Below, piece after piece: positions 1 to 12,878 of a DNA stretch of 64,000 nucleotides; positions within the stretch are counted from its first letter, which is position 1; every line of letters begins with the position of its first letter. The position numbers and the translations under genes are program-made. The notes below the pieces were generated by a model, which saw only the letters and a list, made by a program, of their open reading frames with translations, had not been told where the DNA came from and did not search any database. Origin of the DNA: Kudoa neothunni (Eukaryota; Animalia; Cnidaria); contig OZ199838.1 in NCBI GenBank assembly GCA_964304625.1, positions 7,929,397 through 7,993,396 of the forward strand, written 5' to 3'.

Positions 1-29
1 AACTAAATTAATGAGATTACGTTTTTCAA

Positions 30-570
30 TGTTTTTCACCGTAGCTTTGGTTCGTATTACTATAATATTAAAAACCGAAAATAATGTTTCCATAGAATTT
101 GAAAAGGGAGCATATGAAGGAAGAAGCATGAGAAATAATCCGAGTTATTTAACCGTTTCATCGGGTCCAACGAAATGATGTAACCGTGCATTATATCAAA
201 AATTAAAATTATAACACCATAGTGTTAAAGGGAGAAGACTCCTTTTAGTTTTAGTTCCATCAATATTCATTGAAATGTTCCACTTTGTAGCTTTAACATA
301 CACCTGATAACCGATAACCATGCCTGATTTTAATTATCACATCCGTAGGATATGTCCTGTTTATCGCCGCAGAGATGGATAATAATGAGGAAATACCTTT
401 AGCTGCACGCCCTCTTCTTATCTTTGTTTCTACTAAAGATCCAACATAATCCCGTGAAATAAAAGAATTTTCTTTTCAGTTGCTAACAACACTTTCATAA
501 AATCTCAGAGATGATACATTCTTGATTAAAAATAAAATCGCAATTACGATTACTTCTTATCAGAATCGAT
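30..570 (-). mobile_element. Degenerate Tc1/IS630-like transposase remnant
   Basis: Minus-strand fragments read TKIRRGRAAKG..LSISAAIN and LPSYAPFSNSME, matching the family motif LPPYSPxLNPIE; many stops; boundaries approximate. Confidence 0.45.
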
Positions 571-1522
571 AATTAAAGACATTAAAGCGGTGGTAGCGTA
601 AATTCAATAATTTTTGTTTTTTATGCCCTTACCCAAACTAAAGTTAAAACGTTCACTATTCAATTGTTAGACTTTTATCTGGGCGATGCGAACAATTATT
701 TCGTAAACCGCATCTAAAACCTCAAGTTTTCGTTGGTCTGTATCCGTTGATTTTCTTGTCATTCGTGTTGTTTCGATCAATTATATATATGATTAACGGG
801 AACACTGGTTATTCCTCAAACTAAAATAGCCGTGAAAATATTGTTTGAAACATAAACGAATGCGCCAGCTACAGAATATCAGGCGATTTCTCGCTTTAGA
901 GCGAACCTGCCTGGCGCATGCGCACAAGGATGCCGCCGATTCTGATATGGAGGGAAATTAAAAATTCAATAAAAATGAATCATATGTTCATAATGAATCA
1001 AAAATTATTATTTATTGCAAAGATGATTAATAATTAATAATAATACAAATATATCGACCGTTATGAACTGCTTGCAATAAATAAACAGAATAAATCTCGA
1101 CTTAAAAGAGATGAGACGAACCATGGCTGTCTGTGGGTTGTTTAGGAATAATTACATGTGGTCCGAAACCACAATATAAGAATTAATGAAATAATAAACA
1201 AATTATTACATTGAAAGAAAAATCGTAGTGATACTTAAAATAGTCGAAAAACGTAGTTTCCATCAATATTCCAAAAATATACTAATAAACTAATAACAAT
1301 CATGGCTAAAATTAATTGGCAGGTTTATAGGTTAGCATCTGTGTAGCCCGCGACGAATAACGCGCATTAATAGTTATTCGTAGTCTGTCGGCTACCGACG
1401 TATTTCTTGTTGTTTGCATCATGTTTTCATTCCCTTGCGCGCCTGCTACGTCTACTACAATAAATACAGCACAACCTAGCAAATACCTTTCATTTTCCAA
1501 TGAGACACTGTTTAGATTTTAA

Positions 1523-3848
1523 CCCTTTCATTCCAAATGTACATCCTAGTACCCAAAAAATTAAACATCCCGTAAATATGTAAGTTAAATTTATTTAAAT
1601 AATTTGTTGAATTATAGCATTCTATAAAGTTAAATGTTTGTTTTCAGTAATGGCCGATTATGTAAACTAAGAGACCTAGCATTTATAATAAGTTTAATAG
1701 TAATCCTTACATAAAATCAACAAGGAATACAAGAAATTCACATTTATGCATATGTAGCCAGTTTTTTCTTGTCGAAAAAAAATTCAAATTGTGAAACGTT
1801 AAAACGTGGTTTGGTGCGCTATATTTCATAAGATATATAGCAACCTATCAAAAGATAATGACCAATCAACACGTGGGTACTAGGATGGACATTTGGCATT
1901 CGTGGATCTCCGGCTTTCGAATACATGGATCACGATTCGGTTTTTAAATGCTCAAAAGAGGGAAACACGACAACTGAAATTGTGGCATTTCCTAATGCCG
2001 ATATTTCTGATCCAGAAGAATACGTTCAAGATTTTGGAACGCAGAATCTCAAACGAAGGGTGCTTGAAGCGTACACCGAAAATAATCAAGATTCAGACTG
2101 TTCTGATGAGGAAGTTGTACCAACCTTTAAATGGAATATAAGTGAAACCTTTGCAAATATGCCAAATAATTCGGAGACTGAAGATATTGTTTTTAGTGAA
2201 GTTACCGATAGATTATATCAACTTCCTTTTCAATGAAGATCTGGTTCTGTTAATTATTGAACAAACAAATTTATATTCGGTTCAGCAAAATTCTAGTTTT
2301 CAAATTGGTAAAGAAGATAAAAAGTTGATAGGAACGTTGATTACCACGGGAATTGTTAAAATACCGAGATATCGTTGCTATTGGTCTAAAACTCTAAATT
2401 ACCTACCTTTTTCTGAGTTCATGTCGAGAATCCACATCGAAAATATTTCAAAATATTTACACTTCACTGATAATTCAAAAATTATCACAAATCCGAATTC
2501 TTCAGAATATGATAAATTTGCAAAGATTCGACCGGTTTTGTATTCGATTAGAACAAATTGTTTGTAAGTTGAATGTGGGCGAAAGAATTCAATTGACAAG
2601 CAAATTATTCCATTCAAAGGTAGGTGTAAAGCGAAACAATATGCTCCGAATAAACCGACGAAATGGGGATTTAAAATGTTCGCGAGGTGTGGAGTTAAGG
2701 GGCTAGTGCATGATTTTTGTTTGATGATGCGAAAAAACCTGATGTGGTTAAAAGTTGCGCGAGAGTTTTCCCTTGTCCAAAATTTATTTTGTCAATTTCA
2801 ACAACTGGTTTACATTCATTCCCCTTCAAATTTTATTAAAAAAAGAGCATTTACTCGGTGGGAACCATTCGCAAAAATAGAGCAGGAGGATGTCCGTTAC
2901 AGAATGAGACTGATTTAAAAAACCAGGGACGAGGGGCATTTGAGAGTGTGCACGACTCTAATAATAATATTTCCATAAAGCGTTGGTTTGATGGATCTGT
3001 TGTAATTCTCTCATCTACCCATTCTTCAATCCAACCGATCAAAATGGCGAAAAGATTTGGCCGCTCCAAAAAATCATGATTGACATTCCGTATCCTACAG
3101 TTGTAGACGAATATAACCAATATATGGGAGAAGTGGACCTTTCAGATATGTTGATGTCGCTCTACATAACGAAACATAAATGTAAGAAATATTACATGCG
3201 AATTTTCTTCTGCGCCCTCAATACATGTATTATAAATGCATGATTATTACACAAACGAAAATGTAAGATTTAAAAAATTCCTAAGAGAGATAGACTAGAC
3301 TTGATGAATTTTTCATTGAAAATAAACGAAAGTCTTCGTTATTACCAAATAGCAAGTGCTCCGGAAAAACGTGGTAAACCTTCTCCTAATAATTCTTTGG
3401 AAAAAATTGATGATAAATATGAACGATCTACAATAAGAGCACATCCTCTCAGTAATCATATTCGACTGTATAACGTAGGGCATTTTCCTGAAATAGTGTC
3501 AATTAAATCCAGATGTAAAATGTGCCAACGAAAAACTCAATTTAAATGCACTAAATGATATTCCTTTTGTCGTGTTGTGAAAGATAGAAACAGTTTTTTA
3601 AATTATCATAGTCTAAATATCTAAGAAATTTTCAAATTTTGTTTGTTTGTTTTTGTGCGCAATTAAATGCGCAAAATCGTTATTTACCACCGATGCCAAA
3701 TGTCCACCTCAGTACCCAGATTAAAAACAGCTGAAATTATGTCGAATTAGTTTTTATCACAATAAAATCGTTAAATACAGGATATTGAGTGCTTGTAATA
3801 TATTTAAAAAAATCGTGAAACGAAATAAAAAATTTGGGTACGAAAGGG
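1523..3848 (+). mobile_element. Full-length piggyBac element with pseudogenised transposase
   Basis: TTAA|CCCTTTCATTCCAAAT at 1519-1538 and ATTTGGGTACGAAAGGG|TTAA ending 3848/3852; subterminal repeats CCAAATGT(A/C)CA..CTAGTACCC near 1533, 1875 (inverted) and 3697; frameshifted ORFs with YLHFTDN, DKFAKIRP, GTIRKNR, YNQYMGEVD and a C-terminal Cys-rich domain. Confidence 0.92.
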
Positions 3849-4701
3849 TTAATAAAGACGTCGTTACCTTAGAAACGTCATCCATATATTCAATTACGGT
3901 AATTGTTTAGTGTGTAGCTCCCAAAATAAAACCTGTTGCGCGACTCTAATCTTTCCGATTTTATTAATAATTGAATTATCACGATTTTAAAATATGGGAC
4001 AACCATAAAGTTGTTTCAAATTATAAGTATAATTTTTTTCATTAATATTCGTTCGGCTCAAATCGAGGCACGCGCATTAGTATGCGCATGCAACATTGAT
4101 GCAGTTTTTTACTTGTAATTTATTTAATATTGACTTTTAATTTTAGTTTCCTTAAACTATTATTTTTTCATTATTTTATTACATTGTGGTAGTAGGTTTT
4201 GATATGAATCTGCTTTATTATGTATGGAGAATATGTAAAATCAATTAATACTTTTGTTACTTTCAAATGTTTATCTTAATTTATAATTTAAATAAAACTT
4301 AAGTTTTCTTGTGAATCCCTGATTTAATATACAAGAATAAATGGCGTGTGATTAATCTTCAGACTTATCACAATTAAAAACATAAAACTCCTGGGTTTCA
4401 ATGGATAAACCATATTAATTAATAGAAATTCGGAGAATGCAATGATTTCTGGTTAGCGTGTTGTTTGATCAGCTCCATATCATGGTATTAATCAAGGGTC
4501 AGCGCCAATTTTACAGTTTACCGGTTGATAGATAGCGAAAAAAAAAGAAATTCGTTGTCGAGAAAAATTTACTCCGAAGCCCTGGCAAATGCAAAAATTG
4601 TTGTAGGCGTAATTCGTTGAAAATATAAAATATAAAGAGAAGAATAAATAATATTTCATCACCTGAAGATAGCAACCAAATTGTCGAAAAATATTCGTAT
4701 A

Positions 4702-6735
4702 CTAGCCCAAAAGCCCCGCTTCGGGAAGGTTTCCTTGTCCAAACAAGTAGGCTAACACCTGGTGCAGAATATAGCCTTTTTGATTTTTAAGTAAATAGCG
4801 CTAATGCCATCGTTGGCAGGTACTATGTGATGGAAAATTTTAATTTTTAATTTTATTTTTGAATGGAGATATTATACGGAAGATTTAATCTAATTAGCGT
4901 GTTAAACTCTGTAAATTTTATTTTTCTATTTTCATTGTTGCATTATAAATCTTTTCATTATTTTTGAAATGTGATGATTTTGAAAAACAAAATTATGCGC
5001 ACATATTCCATTCAAATATAAATAGAGGTATGGAGTGAAATTAATGAGTAATTTTAAGTTTATTTTACAAATTATTGGCCAAAACTATGATGACCTTAAT
5101 TTTCAGAGAAATATAATCAGCGATTAAAGTTTATTTAATTTATTAAACAATATCAATAAATAACTTAAATAGGCCTTTCAGTTCTTTTCCAAAGTTTGTG
5201 ATAAAAATTAATCCTTCTAGTTATAAAATTTATTATTAGTCTACAAACGATAAAAAAATGTAATCAACGTAAGATACGTCAGACTTAAAAATATTAAGTG
5301 TAACTCCTTTTTTTCAATTTTATAAAGGATGTTAAGATGTTTTAAAAAGTTGTGAGTGGTAACTTACATATTCACTATTTTAACATAATTTCTCGATTTT
5401 TTAATGAATGCAACGTTTGTTTTTTAACAATAATACTTACTGGTTTAAAAATAAACAAATTTAATTATGAAAATACGATTAAATCTAAAATGTAAAGGTG
5501 TTTTTGGTTTGAATAATTACAGTAATGCCTAAATATCAACAACTGGTTTTATCGATGGAGTGCACTCTGTTTAAAATAAACGTACCGTTTGATTCCCTTA
5601 AAAAATTTCTTCATATTTAACTTTTTTTAGATTAACGAAGACTGTGAAAATATCGGTTCGATCGAATAGACCAATAATTTCATATTAACATACATGTCAC
5701 ATATTGAGAATGGACTGTATTTTATGCAAACGTAATCGTGAATGAAAATTTTTAAACCACGTATAGAATGCGGTGTAGCATATTTTCATTCAGCTTTTAT
5801 ATCATAATGAATTATTTTTGTAGTGAACAAAAATTATATATTGATTTGAATATTACCCCTAAGGTCTGAGGATAAGGAACAATTAGATAACTAGGAACTT
5901 AAACATCGTTTGAAAAATTATCATCTCATCAAATATAGAAATTTATCGAATTATTTATTCCAGTTATTTTGCAAGAAAGTTAAGGAAAACCAAAGAATGA
6001 GGAAAAACTTATCGAAAAGACGAATATAATTTCAATCCCATTCGATATATTTGATAAAAAGAAATTTTCATATCTGAGGAATTCCAATGGAGCATAATTT
6101 TCATATAAGAAGTTATCACAAGAATTTAATTATTTGGAAACACTACACACAATTTACCCCGTTTTTAGAATGCCTATAGAGATTCAAATTATTCCAACAT
6201 AGCAACAACTTATAATCTCAAATTATGTGTTTTATTTAAAATGATAATCTATTTTGCTTAACTATATCTATAACGTTCGAAAAGAGAAAACACACCCAAA
6301 TAACTTGTTTATGTTTCGAGTATGAAGGGAAATGCTACATCTTTTGTTAATATGGCTCTAGTGGCATTATCTGTCTTAGAATTACTCTAAATAGGCATAT
6401 GTAACATTTTGAGAATATTTTATACCAAATTTACAGATTCTCTCTTAGTATATGACGAGTGACAGTTCATTTCAATCGGCTATCACTCCGAAGTAAACAA
6501 AACATCCATATTATTCAGGTACTTTTAATCTACTTATTGATATAGACAACCAGAAAGCTCCTTATTTCTGATAACGATATTGATTATATTTATACTTTTA
6601 AGTAAATGAATCAATTTTTATTAATGGTGTCATCTAATCAAATGAAAACTGAGATTTGTATTTAAAAAAAGTTCCTCCATGGTATATGAATGCTGCTGAA
6701 AACACACACATTGAGAGACAAGAATTTTATATATA
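4702..6735 (-). mobile_element. Non-autonomous Helitron, family B, carrying a family-C-type 3' end
   Basis: About 1.7 kb of inverted homology to 41359-43033; the minus strand ends in a GC hairpin plus CTAG|T at 4702; 5' end T(A)TATATAAA..GTGTGTG. Confidence 0.75.
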
Positions 6736-7835
6736 CTAGCGGGAACTGCCCGGCGTTGCTTGGGGAAGATTTTGCATAGATACATTACTTAATAATATTC
6801 AAAAAATATATTGAAGTTTCAAATTAACCCATAGATGCAACATAACTAAAAATTTTAGTGACATACTTTCAACGATTTGGACTAGCGAAATTTAAATTAC
6901 GATCATTTCTGCGAAGTAGTGTTCCAATCCTGGCGTTCACTTAAAAATTTCATGGCTCGGTAACAACGCTAAATAATTTAAGGTCAACGTTGTATTTTTT
7001 TCATTCCGAATTATTTAAATCCCGTTAAAGTGTTATCTAAAACGCTATTTTTTTGCCCGGAGGATTTTTAAAAGTCGAATCCTGGCCTGGCCCGGTAACT
7101 GGGTGCACCATTAACTTTTTAAGAGATAAAAAAATAGAAGAAAACTTATGAAAATTAATTGATATTGCTAAAATTAGCATCGCTTGGCCCGGCATAAACA
7201 TTAGTGCATTTTTCCCCTACTAACGGCTAAAAATCGACTCAATATCATCATATATAATTTATATAATTAGATAAAGTAAGAGTACAACCATCTGTATTAA
7301 ATTTAATCACTGAAAGTTAAACATAGCGGACGATTTCAATGGAATCTATGGACACAGCATTTCCATTATGATGCTTCAATCAAGATGATTTTAATGTTCT
7401 TTACCAATTCGGTATTTATGAAGTATACATAGATTTTTTATTATATCTAAAATCATTAATAGAATCTTCGAAGTGTATATATCCAGTCAAATACGTTAAA
7501 TCTCCACAAATAATGAGTGTATTTGCACAAGACCCCAAATATACACGCTAACATTATATAAAAAGTCAGATAGCTGCAGTTAATCAACATTTGATATAGC
7601 ATATAAAGGGGAAAATTAACTTCAACCAACCCTCAGCAGGTCATAAGCTGGTGTTAATCCTATTGTTGAACTCAAGTAATCCGTTTAATAAACTTTGAAT
7701 CGATAATATCATCATTTTATAAACATTTCTGGGAACATTTGGTAGTGTGTAAACGATTTAAAGGTTTTTTGAAACATTTTGACGCACATGCGTACTTGCT
7801 GACACACACGGACACTACTGCTTTATGTAATAGGA
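6736..7835 (-). mobile_element. Non-autonomous Helitron, family A
   Basis: Minus strand A|TCCTATTACATAAAGC...CCCAAGCAACGCCGGGCAGTTCCCGCTAG|T: 5' TC, 3' hairpin plus CTAG, A|T target; homologous to 22751-23918 and 49710-50745. Confidence 0.85.
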
Positions 7836-7884
7836 TGGTAGATAGTAGATTTGAAATTTACTGATACGTGTGATGATGTAAAAT

Positions 7885-8560
7885 TCCCTTATCGGGAGGT
7901 AATTAGTAATTTAATGTGCCTCCCCGTCATTTCTAGACCTGATATATGTTATGTTACTTCTATGTTAGATCAGAAAGGGCACTGGTGGCGAATTGTGGAC
8001 ACTGCGTAATCCACGCATAACCCCTTAATTCTAAATTTGCGTAAAAATGGTTCTACTGTGCTCCAGGAATAGCAGACCTTAAGAAATTATTGAAACGTGC
8101 CTTTCTTCTAAAATATCTTAATATTTTTGTGTGGGACATAGATTTTGGAACTTCGATATTTTATCGAACTCCTTTGTTTCCCACAATCCTCACATAACTG
8201 AGGTGTTTTCCTCAAATGTTTTTATCCTGTAAAAATTTAAAATTAGCCTCTTCTGAAGAAGTTATCGATGAAACGAAATCGGAACTCATTTTAGATCGAT
8301 TAAAAGTTGCGTAATCTCTTAATCTCCTTAATTCGGGTCCACAATTCGCCACCAGTGCCAAGCTACGTTTTTAGACTCTGTGATTATTCAAGTCCCATTA
8401 GTTGGAAATCAAGAAAATAACAATGCGTCTCATTGTCCACTTGTGAGTCCGAATATATGGCATTAACCGAGTTAACTAAGGAGGCTCTCTTCCTTAGAAA
8501 CCTGCATGAACGTTTAATGATCAAAATTCCGCTACCTATAATATTATGGCTAAATTGGAG
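7885..8560 (+). mobile_element. Ty1/Copia RT-end and RNase H remnant interrupted by a MITE
   Basis: YREVISNLMCL..SRPDICYVTSML before 7978, and PISWKSRK.QCVSLSTCESEYMALTELTKEALFLRNL after 8385 (Copia RNase H motif SSTEAEY). Confidence 0.8.
7978..8359. mobile_element. MITE with 23-bp TIRs of Merlin type
   Basis: GGCACTGGTGGCGAATTGTGGAC ... GTCCACAATTCGCCACCAGTGCC; a near-identical terminus ends the Merlin fragment at 54673-54695. Confidence 0.8.
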
Positions 8561-10500
8561 TTTAGTACCAATTCGCACGCGATGTCACCTGAAACACCCC
8601 AAACGAAATAAAAACGCAAACTTAGTTAGAAAATGTGTAAATCAACACTATTTAATTTATTGTTTCGCCATATATATCTCGATAAAAAATTTGTTTGAAT
8701 ATATATATATATATTCAGCCAAATAACATTTAATTAGATCTGGCTTTTTGATACGGATGGGGTTTAATTTTCTTTTAACCATTTCATGCCTGAAAATCAA
8801 GCTGTAATAATTTTTTTTGAGAGCGAAAAAATATTTATATTTTTAATTACAACAAATACAAAAATTTCGGCAATATTTAATTAGGAACCATATCTAATTA
8901 AATGTTGCCATATGGCAACATTCGGAGACACCTTAATCCCCCAAACAATTATACGCGTGCGCTGTTCATAAGGAAGACTTATTTGCGCTCCAAATTGCAC
9001 ACATTTGAAACGTTTAACCCTTAAACACTAACCCTGAGCTCCTGGAGCCCAGGGATTAACTTATGTCGAACGCAGTATTATAATTTAATCTTTAATTAAC
9101 TCTTCTACTATTGGCAGGTAACATTATGATATATCAACAAAAATATAATAGGGTAATGGGGGAGAATATGCCTCACCAAATTAGACCTTTTGCGCATGTC
9201 CGACATTCCCGATTTTAATTTCACTGTTTAAAACACATTTTTTAAATATTGAGAGAAATCAAAAAATACCCCCAACTTCGCACTCGGGAAATTTCGGCAC
9301 TCGCGCACGGATATGCGCATAAATACTTTTCATCAATTTGGGAACTTTTCAAACACTCAAAAATATCCAAATCAAATTAAATCGATAAATTAGTCTTTGC
9401 TCTCTCAGAATTTTATAAACAAAATGAAGATATATCCTTACAAGATCATATTTAATTGCTTTGCTTGAAAACTGTTTGACGTAATACCGATGTAAAATAT
9501 TTATTGCGTTTCTCAAAATTAAAAATAATTTTATTAATATAATCGATTCATTTATTTTTTATTGAGTTAGAGTCGAATTTTAGTTTAATATGATTGTTCA
9601 ACCGTTTATTTACTCAATAAAATTCAAATTTTAAAATTTGTCACTAACATAAGATGCGCGTTAATAATCGTTACATTTTTGGCACTATTTAACTGACGTG
9701 GTAGGATGAGCGATATCTCTAGTCAACGACAATTTTATAAATTATTGTTGAATAATAATGCGTTAATCGATTATTTAACCGCGAAACGATTGACCAAAGA
9801 AATTCCGACCAGATGTAAAAATTGCCATAAATACAACACTATGAAAGTGAACATAGTTCAGCGAAAAAGGAGATTGATCGACCCTGATAATGATTTAATT
9901 TACAATGCGCTCGAAAGAATAACCTATAAATGCTCCAAGTTTATAGAAATATATACTTCTTTTTTTCTATTCCTTAGAAAAAATTGTAGTACAACGTTTT
10001 CACCACGTAACAACACTTTTTTTTTCCATAACCAATTGTTTGGGACAAAATTCTTTGAAACTGACAATATCCCAAATATTCGAACTTGTTTATCTGTGGT
10101 GTGTTAGAGAACAAAGATGTTCCACAATGAATTTGATGAGCATCAGTAATAAACTGTTCAGTTTTGGTTTTCTTCCCTCAGGAGTGTTTGTACTCGAACT
10201 TTCGATGGTCGCGAAAAATTTGGTGACAAAAACACGATCTTTGAGATCGACGAAAGTTTACTGAGAGGTAAGCGGAAGAATAATAGGGATCGTTACCTCC
10301 AAACGGATCATTGGAGACACAATGCCCCTGACGGTGCTTATCTACCTAGTGACTCTGAGAATGATGATTCTGAGACGCGGTCTACCGGAGAAAGATATGG
10401 TAACCGGGTTGACGGCCCCTGGGTAGTCGGAGTTTGTTTGTGAATGTTCCGTGGACGACAAAGGCCAACGTAACGTAGTTTTCTTGAATCTCGTTCTTTC

Positions 10501-10621
10501 TGTAACACAAGGTCCGAACCTGGGTTCTTTGCACTAAAAGGCGGTGGTGCCACACCGCACTGCTCTCGATCGCGCATCAATGGTTGGTGGATTACAACCC
10601 TTATATAATCCACATGTTACA
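10501..10621 (-). mobile_element. 121-bp solo LTR containing a tRNA-like segment
   Basis: TGTAACA...TGTTACA termini and a 5-bp TSD CTTTC (10496-10500 and 10622-10626); interrupts the Merlin coding sequence; orientation inferred from TATA and B-box strand. Confidence 0.8.
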
Positions 10622-10888
10622 CTTTCATCGTTCAAAGGAGAGACAAGCACACTCTTAGCTCGTTAATCTCGCAAGAGATAAATGAGGGAGCCACAATATT
10701 TACTGACGAGTGGAAGGGATATTGCGAACTAAGCATGCTTGGCTATAATCATATAAAAATAAACCATTCTTTGCAATACGCGGATGATGATGGTAACCAC
10801 ATAAATACAGTAGAAGTGTTCTGACATCACTTAAAACGAAGATAATACGCAGAATGAGTGGGGTCCCTAGATCTATGCTTAATTCTTA

Positions 10889-12726
10889 GGCAGTGACTAT
10901 TGGCACGGTAATCGATATCTCCATAACCGCTTCTCAGCTTATAACCACGTTTCGCAAACTTATTTATTGATTTTTTTCCTACAAAATTTTCTATAAAAAC
11001 GTAAAACATATCTTTATCATCATGATAACCTCATTAAATAGAATAGAATTTTTAAGATAAAAAATTATAAGTTATTATTAACGTATATAATCTTTTAAAA
11101 TTAATTATAACCAGTATTTTCACAATACATAAAAAATGGAAGACCGCCATTATTCATTGGTTGGGGGCGCAGGCAATGACCACCTTGTTTTATACATTTG
11201 TTTGCGCTGTTTCTTACATCAGAATTTTTGTCACAACGAGAAAAATAAAAATATTTAACTTCCACAAAAGTATACTTAATGGAATAAAATGATAAATTTT
11301 CGTTATGGCTTGCTCGGAAATATTCGATTATTGTTTTCTTTTTTTTGGTAGGCCTATGGCTGTTAATCTTTTGCCCCTAGGTCTTCCTACTGATTTTACC
11401 TTATTGGGAAGAACAAGACTTATTAGATATTATCTCATTTTGAACATGTGATAAGTTACGATTAATATCGTTGTATATTGATACGTACGCTATATCAGAG
11501 ATATTATGTAAATTGGCATTACAGTCATCTTCCAATATTTCATTCCTTGTTTTTTATCGAATGACTTATCAATTATTACCATTCGGTCTGTAATTTCTGT
11601 TAATAACAATAAACAACGATAATTTGAACGGTTGTTCTATCACGAGGAAATTCTTAAACAAATATTACCTGAAAAGGTGTCACCTTTTTTGTTGCAGGAA
11701 TCTTCGACTTCACTTACTTCTGTAATAAATAGAAACAAACACAAACTAAAATATCACCATTTTCTTTGTCGGAATTTTTGATAATTTTAATTTATGACAT
11801 AAAAATAATAATTATTAGCAAAAGTACTTTTTCCAATTCCGCGATATTCATGTTGCTTCGCAAAAAAACGTAGTTTATTTCGTAATAAACCATTAAAGGG
11901 TTAAGGTATCTATTCATCCGTTTCTGTGCATTTTCTATAGATCTTGAGTTGTATATTTTAAGATTACGACATTTGTTCTGTTCATAAGCATAAATTGTAT
12001 CGCGTAGTGAATCAACTGTGGGAAACTTCTTTCCTACCTCAAAGTAAACTTTTTCGTTATTGCATTGACTTGTTTGCTCCATAACTATGATTTTAAAATT
12101 GCGCGATCACGTGAATTCATACGTCGTGTAAGTATCACTGCCTTAAAATAAAACTGAAATCATTTAATATTAAAACTAATGTAGAACGGTTACAAACATC
12201 TTGGTATTAGGATCTTTATTCCAAGAAGCATGCTAAATTTTTTTACTACTTTCTTATGCTGGCAGTTCATTATCCAATAATCATCATAAAACCCACATAA
12301 CATCATGTATTACAAATATACAAAAAATTGAGGTTAAATTTTTAATACTTGTATGTAATATAAAAATTATAAATAGGTTTATATATTTTTGATGTAAACT
12401 TCTAAATTAATTATTCGCGAGTCTTGACACGTGGTGTAGTATTTGCGCGCCCAACCAATAAATAATGGCGGTCGTCCATTTTTTATGTATTATGAAAATA
12501 CTGGTTATAATTAATCTTAAAAGATTATATACGTTAATAATAACTTATAATTTGTTATTTTAAAAATTCAATTCTATTTTATGAGGTTATTATGATGATA
12601 AACATATGTTTTACGTTTTTATAGAAAATTTTGTAGGAAAAAAGTCGATAAATAAGTTTGCGAAACGTGGTTATAAGCTGAGAAGCGGTTATGGAGATAT
12701 CGATCACCGTGCCAATAGCCAGTGCT
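10889..12726 (-). mobile_element. MULE (Mutator-like) deletion derivative
   Basis: TIRs of about 280 bp (10889-11170 vs 12445-12726) and a perfect 9-bp TSD TAATTCTTA; remnants FEVGKKFPTVDSLRDTIYAYE (MuDR N-terminal-like) and GRPRGKRLTAIGLPKKK. Confidence 0.8.
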
Positions 12727-12846
12727 TAATTCTTACTTGCACGTAGAATGGCTGAGATCAATTTCTGATATAAACTCTATACATTAACCTGAAATTTATT
12801 ACTGTTTCTTCGATATTATTTAGTGTTTACTTTTTATATGAATAGA

Positions 12847-12878
<32 letters not shown>
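12847..12878. repeat. (GT)n(AT)n compound microsatellite
   Basis: gtgtgtgtgtgtgtgtatatatatatatatat. Confidence 0.9.
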
